DNA of 64,000 nucleotides from an uncultured candidate division Zixibacteria bacterium (lineage in GTDB: Bacteria; Zixibacteria; MSB-5A5; GN15; FEB-12), in the NCBI GenBank assembly GCA_963806185.1, contig CAWDXE010000001.1, positions 352,001 to 416,000 on the forward strand, given 5' to 3'. Of this stretch, positions 10,956 through 20,616 are shown piece after piece; within the stretch, counting starts at the first letter, position 1; every line of letters starts with the position of its first letter. The notes below the pieces were generated by a model. It searched no databases, was not told the origin of the DNA, and saw nothing but the letters and a program-made list of their open reading frames with translations. The translations under genes were made by a program, and so were the position numbers.

Positions 10956-12079
10956 CCACCCCAACACCCGGCGCGAAAGGTGCTACCGTCGGAAATCGCG
11001 CCTCCAATTTCAATCCCGGCCCGGCCGGCCTGCCGCTCGAGGTACTCCAACAGGTCCAACAGGAGTTTCTCGACTATAAAGGCACTGGCATGTCGGTCAT
11101 TGAAATCTCGCACCGCTCAGCCGAATACGAGGAAATCAACAACGCCGCGATTGCCCTCTTCAAGGAACTCATGGGCATCGGTGACAACTACAATGTGTTG
11201 TTCGTGGGCGGCGGCGCCAGCCTGCAATTCTCGGCCGTGCCGATGAATTTCCTGGCTGATGGGAAGACCGCAGCCTACGTCGACACCGGTTCCTGGGCCA
11301 ACAAAGCGATCAAAGAAGCAAAGAAGGTTGGCAACGTGCTCGTGGCGGCGTCGTCCAAGGAGGACGGTTACAAGTACATCCCGTCGTTTGACAATATTCG
11401 CTATCCCGCCGACGTCGCCTACCTCCATACGACGTCGAACAACACGATCTACGGCACGCAATGGGACAAATTCCCGGATACCGGCAATGTCCCGCACATT
11501 TGCGACATGTCGTCCGACATTCTGTCCCGCCGGCGCGATTTCGGCAAGTTCGCCCTGATCTATGCCGGGGCGCAGAAGAATCTCGGCCCGGCCGGCGTGA
11601 CCGTAGTGATCGTGCGCGAGGACATGCTGGCCAAGTGCCGTGAGAATCTGCCGACCATGATCGACTACCGCACTCATGCCAAGGAAAACTCGCTCTACAA
11701 CACGCCGCCGGTGTTTGCGATCTATATCGTCCGGCTCGTGCTCGAGTGGATTAAGCGTCAGGGCGGCCTGGCGGCCATAGAGAAAACCAATTTCGCCAAG
11801 AAGGAACGGATCTACCAGATGGTTGACCTGCACCCGGACTATTTCCGGGGGACGGTCAATCCGGACAGCCGGTCGTGGATGAACCTCACTTTCCGCCTGC
11901 CGAGTGAAGAGCTGGAGAAGAAGTTCCTGGCCGAAGCGAAAGCGGCCAAGATGATCGGACTCAAGGGGCATCGGTCGGTCGGAGGCATCCGCGTATCGCT
12001 GTACAATGCGGTGACGCTCAAGACGGCCGAAACGCTGGCGCATTTCATGGAGGAGTTCATGAAGAAGAACCCGAAGTGA
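10952..12079 (+). CDS. serC: Phosphoserine aminotransferase
   Basis: NFNPGP, DMSSD, YAGAQKN-GPAG (PLP lysine), GHRSVGG-R; ATGA overlap with serA. Confidence 0.95.
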   Translation: MTTPTPGAKGATVGNRASNFNPGPAGLPLEVLQQVQQEFLDYKGTGMSVIEISHRSAEYEEINNAAIALFKELMGIGDNYNVLFVGGGASLQFSAVPMNFLADGKTAAYVDTGSWANKAIKEAKKVGNVLVAASSKEDGYKYIPSFDNIRYPADVAYLHTTSNNTIYGTQWDKFPDTGNVPHICDMSSDILSRRRDFGKFALIYAGAQKNLGPAGVTVVIVREDMLAKCRENLPTMIDYRTHAKENSLYNTPPVFAIYIVRLVLEWIKRQGGLAAIEKTNFAKKERIYQMVDLHPDYFRGTVNPDSRSWMNLTFRLPSEELEKKFLAEAKAAKMIGLKGHRSVGGIRVSLYNAVTLKTAETLAHFMEEFMKKNPK

Positions 12080-12099
12080 TCTGCATCACCAGAGCATGA

Positions 12100-12136
12100 G
12101 AAAGCCGCCGGGACACCCTCCCGGCGGCTTTTTCTT
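12100..12136. terminator. Bidirectional intrinsic terminator
   Basis: aaagccgccggg-loop-cccggcggctttt between convergent genes. Confidence 0.8.
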
Positions 12137-12168
12137 GCGGCATGTCGTAGCTATGATCGCCACGACTC

Positions 12169-14265
12169 CTAAAGGGGTACGCCAAGCTGCCAAAGCCGGA
12201 AAGCCATTACGTCGGTGGCGTCGGCAATGGACTTGTCCATCGTTGCTCCACCCGAATGACCCAGTTTCGTGTCATAGAGCAGTAATACGGGGCGCGTCGG
12301 CTTTACCATCGCCTGCATGAGGGCAGTCATCTTTCGCGCATGTGCCGGGGCAACACGCGTGTCGCCGTCGCCGGTCACAAACAGGACCGCCGGATAATCA
12401 ACGCCCGTCCTGACATTGTGGTACGGCGAATATGCCCTGATGTACGGGAATTGATTGACACTGTCGGCCGACCCGTACTCCGATACCCAAAACCGCCCCA
12501 CCAGCAGCTTCTGGTAACGCAGCATGTCGAGCAGCGGATAGGTGCAAATGATTGCCTGGAACAAGTCAGGACGCTGATTCATCACCGCCCCAACGAGCAG
12601 TCCGCCGTTCGATCCTCCCTGGATCTCCAATTTTGAAGGATTGGTGTACTTGTTCGCGATCAGCCACTCGGCCGCCGCGATCAGATCGTCAAACGTATTC
12701 TGCTTTTTTTCGAACATGGCCGCCTTATGCCAGGCGTCGCCGAATTCACCGCCACCGCGAAGGTTTGCCAGAGCGTAAACTCCCCCATGTTCGATGAAGA
12801 TCACTGCCGTGCTGGTGAAGTACGGCTTCTCCGGGTTATTGAACCCGCCATACCCATTGATCTCCACCGGCCGCTGGCCGTCGAGGATCAACCCCTTCTT
12901 GTATGCCAGGAACATCGGTACTTTCGTGCCGTCTTTTGAAGTGAACCAGACCTGCTTCACTTCGATCTCATCGGTATTGACCGGAACCTTTGCCTCGCTG
13001 AATATTCGCTGGGCTCCCGTTGAAATGTCGGCCCGGAAAATGGTCGACGGGAAATGAAATGACGCAAAACTGTAGAAGAACTCCGACTTGCTCCATTCGC
13101 CCACTACGCTGCTGACTGAGCCGATAGTCGGCAGCGGCCACTCTCTCACCAACTTCCCCTCCGGCGTATAGACCTTCACCTGTGAGCAGGCGTTGGTGAG
13201 ATACTGCACGTGGATATTGCCGCCGATGAGATTGAACCCGGTGATTGTCCCGCTATCCTGGGGAACCACCTCTTTCCAGTTGGCTTGGGCCGGATTCGCC
13301 AGATCGACGGCGAGAATACGCCACCGGTCAGCGTCGAGCGAAGTCTGCAGATACAGAGTATTGCCGGCGGCATCGGGAAAGAATTCCGCCTTGATGTCGG
13401 TCACAATCGGTTGAAACGGCTCGGCCTTGGATAGATCCTTGACAAAAACCTGCGTCTGTACCCCCGATGACCCCTCGTAAATTGTCGCCGTCAGCCATCG
13501 CGCATCGTCGGATACCCCCAGCGCGAGTTGGTTCTGGGGGTTCAATTGTTCACCAAAGATGAGCGTATCCGAGACCGCCTCCGAACCAAGTCGATGCTGA
13601 TACACGCGGGGACCCTTTTCATCTGAATAACGACAGTAGTACACCACGAGACCGTCGGCCGATAAGTAGACGCCGGAGTAGCGGGCTTTCGGAAGCGAGT
13701 CCTCCAGTTGTCGCCTCGAGTCAACTTGCATGAAGCGGTAGACCAGCTCGTCTTCTCCCCCGTGTCTCACTCCATAGGCCATCAGACGACCGTCAGTGGT
13801 GACGTCCTCCAGATCGACATTGAGCGACAGGTCGGCCGACATCGTGTTCGGGTCGAGCAATACCTTGTCCTCTCCGTCGACTCCGTCGCGATAGTAGAGC
13901 ATCCACAATTGCTGATCAGCCTTCCGCTTGGAGATAAAATACCGGTTCCCGCGTACGGCGCTGACAGTCATCCGGTCGAGCTTGATGAGTTCTTTGTAAC
14001 GGGCGGCGATCTTTTCGCGACCGGGGATTTGATCGAGCACTTTGCGCGTGTAGGCATTCTGGGCGTCAATCCAGGCGCGAGTTTCCGGGCTGTTCTGATC
14101 TTCGAGCCACCGGTAATTGTCAACGATCGCGACCCCATGCAGGGTGTCGACGACTGGGTGGACGGCCGAGGGCGGGTAGGGTGGCAAATCGCCGGCGAGG
14201 GCCGGTTGCATGATACTGAAGATTGACAGAATCGATAGGGCAATGGAGAGGCGAACGCGAGTCAC
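12169..14265 (-). CDS. Secreted prolyl oligopeptidase (S9A)
   Basis: Signal peptide, D-YRWLE, GGSNGG nucleophile, DTRV, GH triad; SD GAGGAGG. Confidence 0.92.
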   Translation of the reverse strand: MTRVRLSIALSILSIFSIMQPALAGDLPPYPPSAVHPVVDTLHGVAIVDNYRWLEDQNSPETRAWIDAQNAYTRKVLDQIPGREKIAARYKELIKLDRMTVSAVRGNRYFISKRKADQQLWMLYYRDGVDGEDKVLLDPNTMSADLSLNVDLEDVTTDGRLMAYGVRHGGEDELVYRFMQVDSRRQLEDSLPKARYSGVYLSADGLVVYYCRYSDEKGPRVYQHRLGSEAVSDTLIFGEQLNPQNQLALGVSDDARWLTATIYEGSSGVQTQVFVKDLSKAEPFQPIVTDIKAEFFPDAAGNTLYLQTSLDADRWRILAVDLANPAQANWKEVVPQDSGTITGFNLIGGNIHVQYLTNACSQVKVYTPEGKLVREWPLPTIGSVSSVVGEWSKSEFFYSFASFHFPSTIFRADISTGAQRIFSEAKVPVNTDEIEVKQVWFTSKDGTKVPMFLAYKKGLILDGQRPVEINGYGGFNNPEKPYFTSTAVIFIEHGGVYALANLRGGGEFGDAWHKAAMFEKKQNTFDDLIAAAEWLIANKYTNPSKLEIQGGSNGGLLVGAVMNQRPDLFQAIICTYPLLDMLRYQKLLVGRFWVSEYGSADSVNQFPYIRAYSPYHNVRTGVDYPAVLFVTGDGDTRVAPAHARKMTALMQAMVKPTRPVLLLYDTKLGHSGGATMDKSIADATDVMAFRLWQLGVPL

Positions 14266-14351
14266 TGTGATATCCTCCTCTGAGTGATCATACCGTCATC
14301 GTATTATACAGTGAGAAAGAAGCGATGTGAACATTGAGATCTCGATCCGCA

Positions 14352-14382
14352 TAAAAAAAGCCCACCTCATGGCGGGCTTTAT
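14352..14382 (-). terminator. Intrinsic terminator after the SWIB gene
   Basis: Hairpin aaagcccacc/ggcgggcttt with an A-run that reads as a U-tail on the minus strand. Confidence 0.7.
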
Positions 14383-14400
14383 TCTTCTGAATCAAGCGAC

Positions 14401-14839
14401 TTACTTCAGGTGCTTGTTGACAAGCTTAGTCATCTCAAACATCGAGACTTTCGTCTTGCCGCCGAAAACACGCTTCAGATTGTCGTCCGCATTGATCATG
14501 CGGCGATTCACTGAATCCTGGAGGCCGTTCTTCTTGATATAGACGCCAGATCCGCTTAGTGACTTCCGTGCGCGGCATCGGCGTCGAGCCGACCACTGCA
14601 CCGAGATCAGCCGAGATCGTCATCGGGCGCATAAACGCCGGATTCGGAGCACGCTTCTTCGCGGGTTTCTTTGGCGCAGCCTTGCGGGTCGCTTTCGACT
14701 TAGTGGCCTTTCGTGCTGCGCCTAACTTTGACGATTTCTTCTTCGGGGCAGCCTTTTTGGCTTTCTTCTTCGCGCCGGTTTTCTTCTTCGCGCCGGCCTT
14801 CTTCGCCGGCTTCTTGGCGGCTTTCTTCTTTGCAGGCAT
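14401..14839 (-). CDS. SWIB/MDM2-domain protein with histone H1-like Lys/Ala-rich N-terminus; one frameshift near 14548
   Basis: MPAKKKAAKK... repeats, then PNPAFM-P...PRTEVTK-IW / YIKKNGLQD..RR-INAD..L..VFG...VSMFEM-KLV-KHL in two frames. Confidence 0.85.
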
Positions 14840-15059
14840 GTGTTGCTCCTTTAGCAAAGGGTTGGTTGAGGGTTTATTAGGTTTCCTGTGCGCATTGCTT
14901 TTCTAGGTAGAGGGAAAAACAGTGCGATTCTTTCCCTCAGCCACACGAAACACTATTGAAGTTTTAAAAGATTGGCAAGAAAAAATATGCATTCATGCAC
15001 ATTTTTTTTGACTTTTTTGCTATAGCGCATATTCCGAATGAAACCGCACGACAGCGATT

Positions 15060-16265
15060 TTACCCTCGAATCAACTCAATAATCGGCGCCTCCTGCGGAC
15101 AGCCGAGACGGAACGGAAACCAGTGACCCATCCCCGACGAGGTATACAACTGGCTCGTGCCGAGAACGTATTTCCCCCAGAGAAAGCTGGTCGAGTTGCC
15201 CGATTCGAAGAGGGATCGCCCACCAATACCGATCTGCCCGCCGTGCGTGTGACCCGCCAGAGTCAGCTGAATATCGCTTTCCGCAGCATAGGTAAACGCG
15301 TTCGGGCGATGGCTCATGAGCAGGGCAAACTCGCCGGTGCGACGGTCAGCCAGTGACTGCGCTATCGCCTGCTGGAAGAATTCCGGCGGCAATTCGTGCA
15401 TGTGACGGGGATCGTCGAGCCCCGCCAGATAGAGCGACGTCCCCCCTACCGGTATCCGTACCCCCTGATTCACCAGGAGCGGTACCGGCGATTGGTCGTA
15501 AATCCTCCTGACCTGCTGAATCCCTCGGAAATACTCGTGATTCCCGAGTATCGCGTAGGTCCCCAGACGGGGATTGAGCGACGAAAACATCTTGAGTGCG
15601 CCGGGCAGCTGAGAGAGATCATCCGCCACATCGCCCGTCACCAGGACCAGATCGGGTTTGTACTCGGCGACGGATGCGACCGCCGTTTCGACATCATTCA
15701 GAGTCATATAATGCCAAATGTGCAGGTCGGACAGGTGGGCAATGGTCAATCCGTGCAGATCGGGCGGCAAATCGGCATAGACGAACTGCTTCTTTTCGAC
15801 GTTGACACCCCCGAGCGCCCTCCCGACACCGCTTACACCGGCAGACAAAGCAAGCAACGGCACGGCCGCGGCGGCACCTTTGAGAAACACCCGCCGCCTC
15901 GGATCAAGCCCCTCTTCCCCATCGAGTTTTCGTGTACCGTTACGACGGCCGAACCAGTCGATGCCCTTGTCGATAAGACGGATGGTCCCCGATAAGGGGA
16001 GCGAAATCATCAGCGCCAGTTCGAGGACAAGAACAAGGATGGAGAAAAGCGAACAGGGCATCGATATCCATCCGATCCGGTAGTACTCGCCCATTCCCCA
16101 GCCGACAATGGCCAGAACGCCCAGTAGGGGCAGGAGCAGCGCAGTCAGGCGAAGTCGCCTGATTTGCCACCAGTCTTTGTGCAGAAGGCGCAATAACAGG
16201 AGAGAGACCGAACTCAGGATGAGAATGGCGATGACGCCGAACAGGAGTGGAAACAGGCTGGACAT
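15060..16265 (-). CDS. YkuE-like membrane metallophosphoesterase
   Basis: SDLH, TGD, GNHE, SH, GHTHGGQ motifs; three N-terminal TMs plus an internal RRRVFLK. Confidence 0.9.
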   Translation of the reverse strand: MSSLFPLLFGVIAILILSSVSLLLLRLLHKDWWQIRRLRLTALLLPLLGVLAIVGWGMGEYYRIGWISMPCSLFSILVLVLELALMISLPLSGTIRLIDKGIDWFGRRNGTRKLDGEEGLDPRRRVFLKGAAAAVPLLALSAGVSGVGRALGGVNVEKKQFVYADLPPDLHGLTIAHLSDLHIWHYMTLNDVETAVASVAEYKPDLVLVTGDVADDLSQLPGALKMFSSLNPRLGTYAILGNHEYFRGIQQVRRIYDQSPVPLLVNQGVRIPVGGTSLYLAGLDDPRHMHELPPEFFQQAIAQSLADRRTGEFALLMSHRPNAFTYAAESDIQLTLAGHTHGGQIGIGGRSLFESGNSTSFLWGKYVLGTSQLYTSSGMGHWFPFRLGCPQEAPIIELIRG

Positions 16266-16328
16266 CGGACCTCAAAAGTGTCAGTCGCGAGCAATACCGC
16301 GCTCCGACAGTATTGGATTATAACGATT

Positions 16329-17198
16329 TTAGAGGGGGTGAGTTTCGGAAATGTGGGGGGGATCAGTTGTTGTCGAGAGGAATTCGACCTTATATTTCAC
16401 CCAGCAGTCGACTGGCTTTCCATCTCTGACGGCGGGCGTGAACTTGTTTTTTCGAGCCGACTGCATGGCAGACTCGTCGAGCCTCTTGTGGCCGCTCGAC
16501 TGTGCCAGTTTCACATCGAGAACGTTTCCCTCGCTGCTGACCAGCACTCGAAGCCAGGCAGAGCCTTCGTCTTTATGTTTGCGCGAGAGGCGGGAATACT
16601 CCACCGGATCGAAATAAAGCAGTCTCGGCATCGCCTCAACTTCGGTTGAATCTGGGAGTAGTTCCGCCGTCGAAATGGCATGATTGTTCGATGCCTTCGA
16701 ACTGCCTCCTCCGATTTTGAAGCCGACTTTGTACGTCACCCATATGGCGATCGGCTGACCGCGCTGGATCGCGGGTTTGAAAAGACAACCGTACGCCGCT
16801 TTCACTGCTGACTGGTCAAGCAACGGCACACCGCTGGACTTAGCCACGAGTACATCGCGAACTCTGCCATCTTTGTCCACCAGTGATTTCACCCATACCG
16901 TACCCTCCTGACCAGCCTGCTTGGCCAGACGAGGATACTCAGGCACCTGTTCTCTGATCATCTCCGGTGCTACTTCGACAGGGGTATAACCCTCGTCCGA
17001 TCCCATCTCAGGCAGTTTTTCTGTCTGAGACGAATCAACGTCGGTGCTGTCCGAGACGGAGAGAAGTATGACGGTCGAGTGGTTGAGTGAATCGGGACCT
17101 TTTGTCCCTTTCTCCAGCACGTCGCCACGTACCTCGGCACTGATTGCGCCGAGGATCGTCAGGGATAATGCTGCCAGACTGAACCTGATGTAACGCAT
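16329..17198 (-). CDS. Exported protein with two TonB C-terminal domains
   Basis: Signal peptide; two copies of the P-YP..A...G-EG-V.V...V...G.V..V....SSG...LD..A pattern. Confidence 0.8.
   Translation of the reverse strand: MRYIRFSLAALSLTILGAISAEVRGDVLEKGTKGPDSLNHSTVILLSVSDSTDVDSSQTEKLPEMGSDEGYTPVEVAPEMIREQVPEYPRLAKQAGQEGTVWVKSLVDKDGRVRDVLVAKSSGVPLLDQSAVKAAYGCLFKPAIQRGQPIAIWVTYKVGFKIGGGSSKASNNHAISTAELLPDSTEVEAMPRLLYFDPVEYSRLSRKHKDEGSAWLRVLVSSEGNVLDVKLAQSSGHKRLDESAMQSARKNKFTPAVRDGKPVDCWVKYKVEFLSTTTDPPHISETHPL
16337..16361. repeat. 25-bp direct repeat, copy 1 (copy 2 at 17290-17314)
   Basis: ggtg[a/g]gtttcggaaatgtggggggg, one mismatch. Confidence 0.85.
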
Positions 17199-17245
17199 AC
17201 CCCAAAGTAGCCCTCTTGGTCGACGAGGTCAACCCTGTTTTGGGC
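17194..17245 (-). repeat. 52-bp direct repeat containing promoter and start codon, copy 1
   Basis: cgca[t/c]accccaaagtagccctcttggtcgacgaggtcaaccct[g/c]ttttgggc; minus strand reads TTGACC-17-TACTTT-5-ATG. Confidence 0.9.
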
Positions 17246-17327
17246 CTTCCTATCGGCTTGATGGATCGGATGAGAATGATTCCGGGGGTGGTGGGTTTCG
17301 GAAATGTGGGGGGGCAATGGCGGACAG

Positions 17328-18014
17328 TTAGTGCCCGAGCTCGAAGGTGATTTTGTACGTCGCCCATACGGCCACGGGTTTGCCATGTGATTTCGCCGGA
17401 TTAAAGACATTGCCACTAGCCGCTTTGATCGCCGCGTTATCAAGGTCTTTGTTGCCGGAAGATCTTGCAACCTGCGCCTCGTTCACCCTTCCTTTTGCGT
17501 CAACTAGTACCTTGATCCACACCGTGCCTTCGATTTCTGCCTGCTTGGCCGACCAAGGATACTCCGGTGTCTCCTCTCTGACCATCTCTGGCGGCTGATC
17601 GCAATAGACATATTCGTCAGGCAGAGGCAGCTCAGGCACTAAGGACGAATCCGGGAAGAAATCGAATGGAACGAACACCCAACCCTTGAACATCTTGCTT
17701 TCGAACTCGGCCTTCAAAGTGGCGATCCTTGCGGCCTCTTCGAATCCGTAATTCGGGTTGTTGGAATACACTATCTCAGCGGAATCAACGTGTCCATCTT
17801 TCTGAACATGCGCTCGCACCCAGACCATTGCCCCCTGCCCGGCGGCAATTGCTTCCTCGGGGTAAACAACCGGCGCCGGCTCAATTGGAAAAGCTGACTT
17901 CGTTTCCGGGATATCCCACCCCGCCTCAAGCGCAGGGCGATGTCGGACGACCGGTCGAGGCCCCTCGGCGAAGGAAGAAGAGATGAAGAGCAGGCTTATC
18001 AGAAATATTCGCAC
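17328..18014 (-). CDS. Exported protein with two TonB C-terminal domains (paralog)
   Basis: Signal peptide; YPEEA...G..V-V and PEYPWSAKQAEIEGTVWIKVLVD...SSG...LD..A domains. Confidence 0.8.
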   Translation of the reverse strand: MRIFLISLLFISSSFAEGPRPVVRHRPALEAGWDIPETKSAFPIEPAPVVYPEEAIAAGQGAMVWVRAHVQKDGHVDSAEIVYSNNPNYGFEEAARIATLKAEFESKMFKGWVFVPFDFFPDSSLVPELPLPDEYVYCDQPPEMVREETPEYPWSAKQAEIEGTVWIKVLVDAKGRVNEAQVARSSGNKDLDNAAIKAASGNVFNPAKSHGKPVAVWATYKITFELGH

Positions 18015-18061
18015 ACCCCAAAGTAGCCCTCTTGGTCGACGAGGTCAACCCTCTTTTGGGC
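18010..18061 (-). repeat. 52-bp direct repeat containing promoter and start codon, copy 2
   Basis: Two mismatches to 17194-17245; TTGACC-17-TACTTT-5-GTG. Confidence 0.9.
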
Positions 18062-18129
18062 TCGGGATTTCGTCAAAATTCATTGATAGAATTCGGCACA
18101 AATCTGCTGTCGCGCTTGTTATGCTTGCC

Positions 18130-18351
18130 ATGGAAGATACTCAAACCGCCGGCCAGACGGCTGACCAGGCCGTGGCGGCCAGTGCCCCCAATACGAAGAA
18201 GGGGTTCCTCCGCTTCCCCCGCTCATGGGCAGAAGTAAAGAAACTGGGCTGGAAATTCATCCTCGCCTTCGTTCTTTTCTACCTTGTCCGGGACACCCTG
18301 CTGTATCTGGTGCTCCCTTACCTGATTCTCAAAGGGATTATTTCGCTGTAG
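18130..18351 (+). CDS. Small membrane protein (73 aa)
   Basis: Hydrophobic C-terminus WKFILAFVLFYLVRDTLLYLVLPYLI; ATG shortly after a TGnTATGCT extended -10. Confidence 0.6.
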   Translation: MEDTQTAGQTADQAVAASAPNTKKGFLRFPRSWAEVKKLGWKFILAFVLFYLVRDTLLYLVLPYLILKGIISL

Positions 18352-18365
18352 GAAGCCGAATTCGG

Positions 18366-19389
18366 CTATCGCGGCATCTTCTTTTTGGCCAGAATCGAAT
18401 AGTCGTGCGGCGCTTTGGCGATGGTATGGGAGAGTTTACCCAAGCCGGTAATCTCCAGTTCAATCGTATCACCTACTTTAAGCCAGACCGGCGTAAACGA
18501 CTCACCCCTGTGCCTTGGCTTCAAGCGTCCAGGTGCCGTTTAGCTCCAGATAACAGCCGGTGCCGACTGTCCCCGAGCCGATCACGTCGCCCGGATACAA
18601 ATCCACCCCGTAACTGGCGCGCTCGATCAGTTCGGCAAACGTCCAGTTCATATCCTTCAGATTACCGTCGGAGATCTGCTTGCCGTTGTGCGTGGCGGTC
18701 ATGCGAAGGTCCCAGGTACTCCCGAACGGTGTAGCTGTCCGATGCCCTTCCAGTTCGTCGGGAGTTACCAGCCATGGTCCGATAGCGGTCGCAAAATCTT
18801 TCCCTTTGGCTGGGCCGAGACTGAGCAGCATCTCTTCCATCTGCAGGACGCGAGCCGAAAAGTCGTTCATGATCGTCAGCCCCGCGATATGCTCATCCGC
18901 CCGACTGGCAGAAATGTTTCGCCCCCCTTTGCCGATGACAATGGCGCACTCCAGTTCAAAATCCAGCTTCTGCAGATGATCGGACTCGACCACCAGCTCT
19001 CCCGGACCGATCAGGCTGTTGTGATTGGTGAAATAAAAGACCGGGTACTGGTCGAATTCGGGGATCATTTCCACCCCCCGGTTGCGACGGGCTGTCGCGA
19101 CATGCTGGCGGAACGCGTACCCATCGCGGCACGAGGTCGGATGCGGCACCGGGGCCAGCAGTTTCGGCGACGAGACTGCTGCCTTCTCAAGATTCCCCTT
19201 GGCCGCCGCCTCGGCAATCCGTCGGGCACGATTCATGAAGTCAGCGCCACCCGGAAGAAACGCCGCCATCGTCGCGGGTAGCGTTTCGGAAACCAACGAT
19301 GCGCCTTGCTGCAGATCGTACACGCGGTCATTGACAAACAGACCGACCCGTTCTTCACCCTTGTGACTCAGATATGAGACGAATTTCAC
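18366..19389 (-). CDS. Fumarylacetoacetate hydrolase-family protein; one frameshift near 18506
   Basis: RD-YAF..H, LDFELE, MNDFSAR, KGKDF, GSGT-G-GC; the C-terminus WLKVGDTIELEITGLGKL continues in another frame to a stop at 18366. Confidence 0.85.
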
Positions 19390-19392
19390 GGA

Positions 19393-20554
19393 TTATCCTT
19401 TAAGGTGTCCGGCTTTTGAACCCGCCAGCCTGCCCCAGACCTCTTCCATTACATCCAGCGCAAACTTGGTTTCATCTTCGGTGCCGCTGTTGATACGAAT
19501 ACCGCTCGGTACGCCAAACGCTGTGACATGGCGTACAATCAGCCCCCGATCGAGACAGGCGGCATTGACCGCCGCCGCGGCCTCGCGCGACGGGAAGAGC
19601 AGGAGAATGAAGTTTGCATCGGTGGCGACCTGCTCGATCCCCAGTTCGCGGAACCGCTTGGTCATGACCGCCAACATGCGGATGTTTAAGTCGACCGTCT
19701 GCTTCAGAAAGTCGACATCCTGCAGGGCGGCCACCCCGGCGACCTGCGCCGGAAGGCTGGGCTCGAACGGCAGTTTGACCTTGTACATCTGGGCAATCAG
19801 TTCTTCGGGGCCGACAGCATACCCAATACGCAGTCCGGCCAGTCCGTAATCCTTCGAGAAAGTCCGCGTAACCAATAGGTTCGGATACGCATAGGCGAGG
19901 CCGTTCGGGTAATTCGGGTTCGACATGGCATAGGAGTAGTAGGCTTCATCGAGAATGACCAGGATCTCGCTTGGCACCTTCTCCATGAAGGATTCAAACT
20001 GCCGCCGCGTGAACATGGCCCCGGTCGGATTATTCGGATTGGCCAGATAAATCAACTTGGTGCGATCACTGATCGCCGCCGCGATCGCATCCAGATCGTG
20101 CTGGTAGCGATCGAGCGGAACCAGCTTCAGGCTTCCGCCGGTGTTTGTTGGTATTGACGAAGATACCGATAAACGTCGCCGCGCTGGTGAGCACTTCATC
20201 CTGCTCGTCGACAAACGTCTTGATCATATACGACAACAGGGCGTCGGTGCCGGCGCCGCAGATAATCTGGCCAGGGTGTTTGCCCAGATGGGCAGCCAGA
20301 GCATGCACCAGTTCGTGCGTACTTGGCTCGACATACCGGTGCGAGCGGTTCAGTTCGCGGACGACCGCCTCGAGTGCCTTGGGGGATGAACCGAGCGGGT
20401 TCTCGTTGGAGGCGAGTTTGACGATGCGCGAGAGGTGTTTTTCACGGGCAAGCTCTTCAATCGGCTTGCCGGCGACATAGGGCTGGAGACTTTGAATATG
20501 GCCCGGAACTTTGATTTTCGTCACTGATCGATCCTTTGCAATTGCCGACGTCAT
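19393..20554 (-). CDS. hisC: HisC-like PLP aminotransferase (probable aromatic amino acid aminotransferase); one frameshift near 20131
   Basis: KLASNENP, NPNNPTG, DEAY, RTFSK-YGLAGLR-G; start at 20554 or GTG 20524. Confidence 0.8.
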
Positions 20555-20616
20555 GGCGTTAGTAAACAGGGTCGAGCCCAAATGTCAACGGCTAAAGTCG
20601 GCGTCCACTTTGGTCG

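Noticed and set aside
18490..18510. TGA in the FAH gene as selenocysteine or readthrough
   Set aside because: The in-frame continuation stops after seven codons, and homology resumes in another frame, so it is a frameshift
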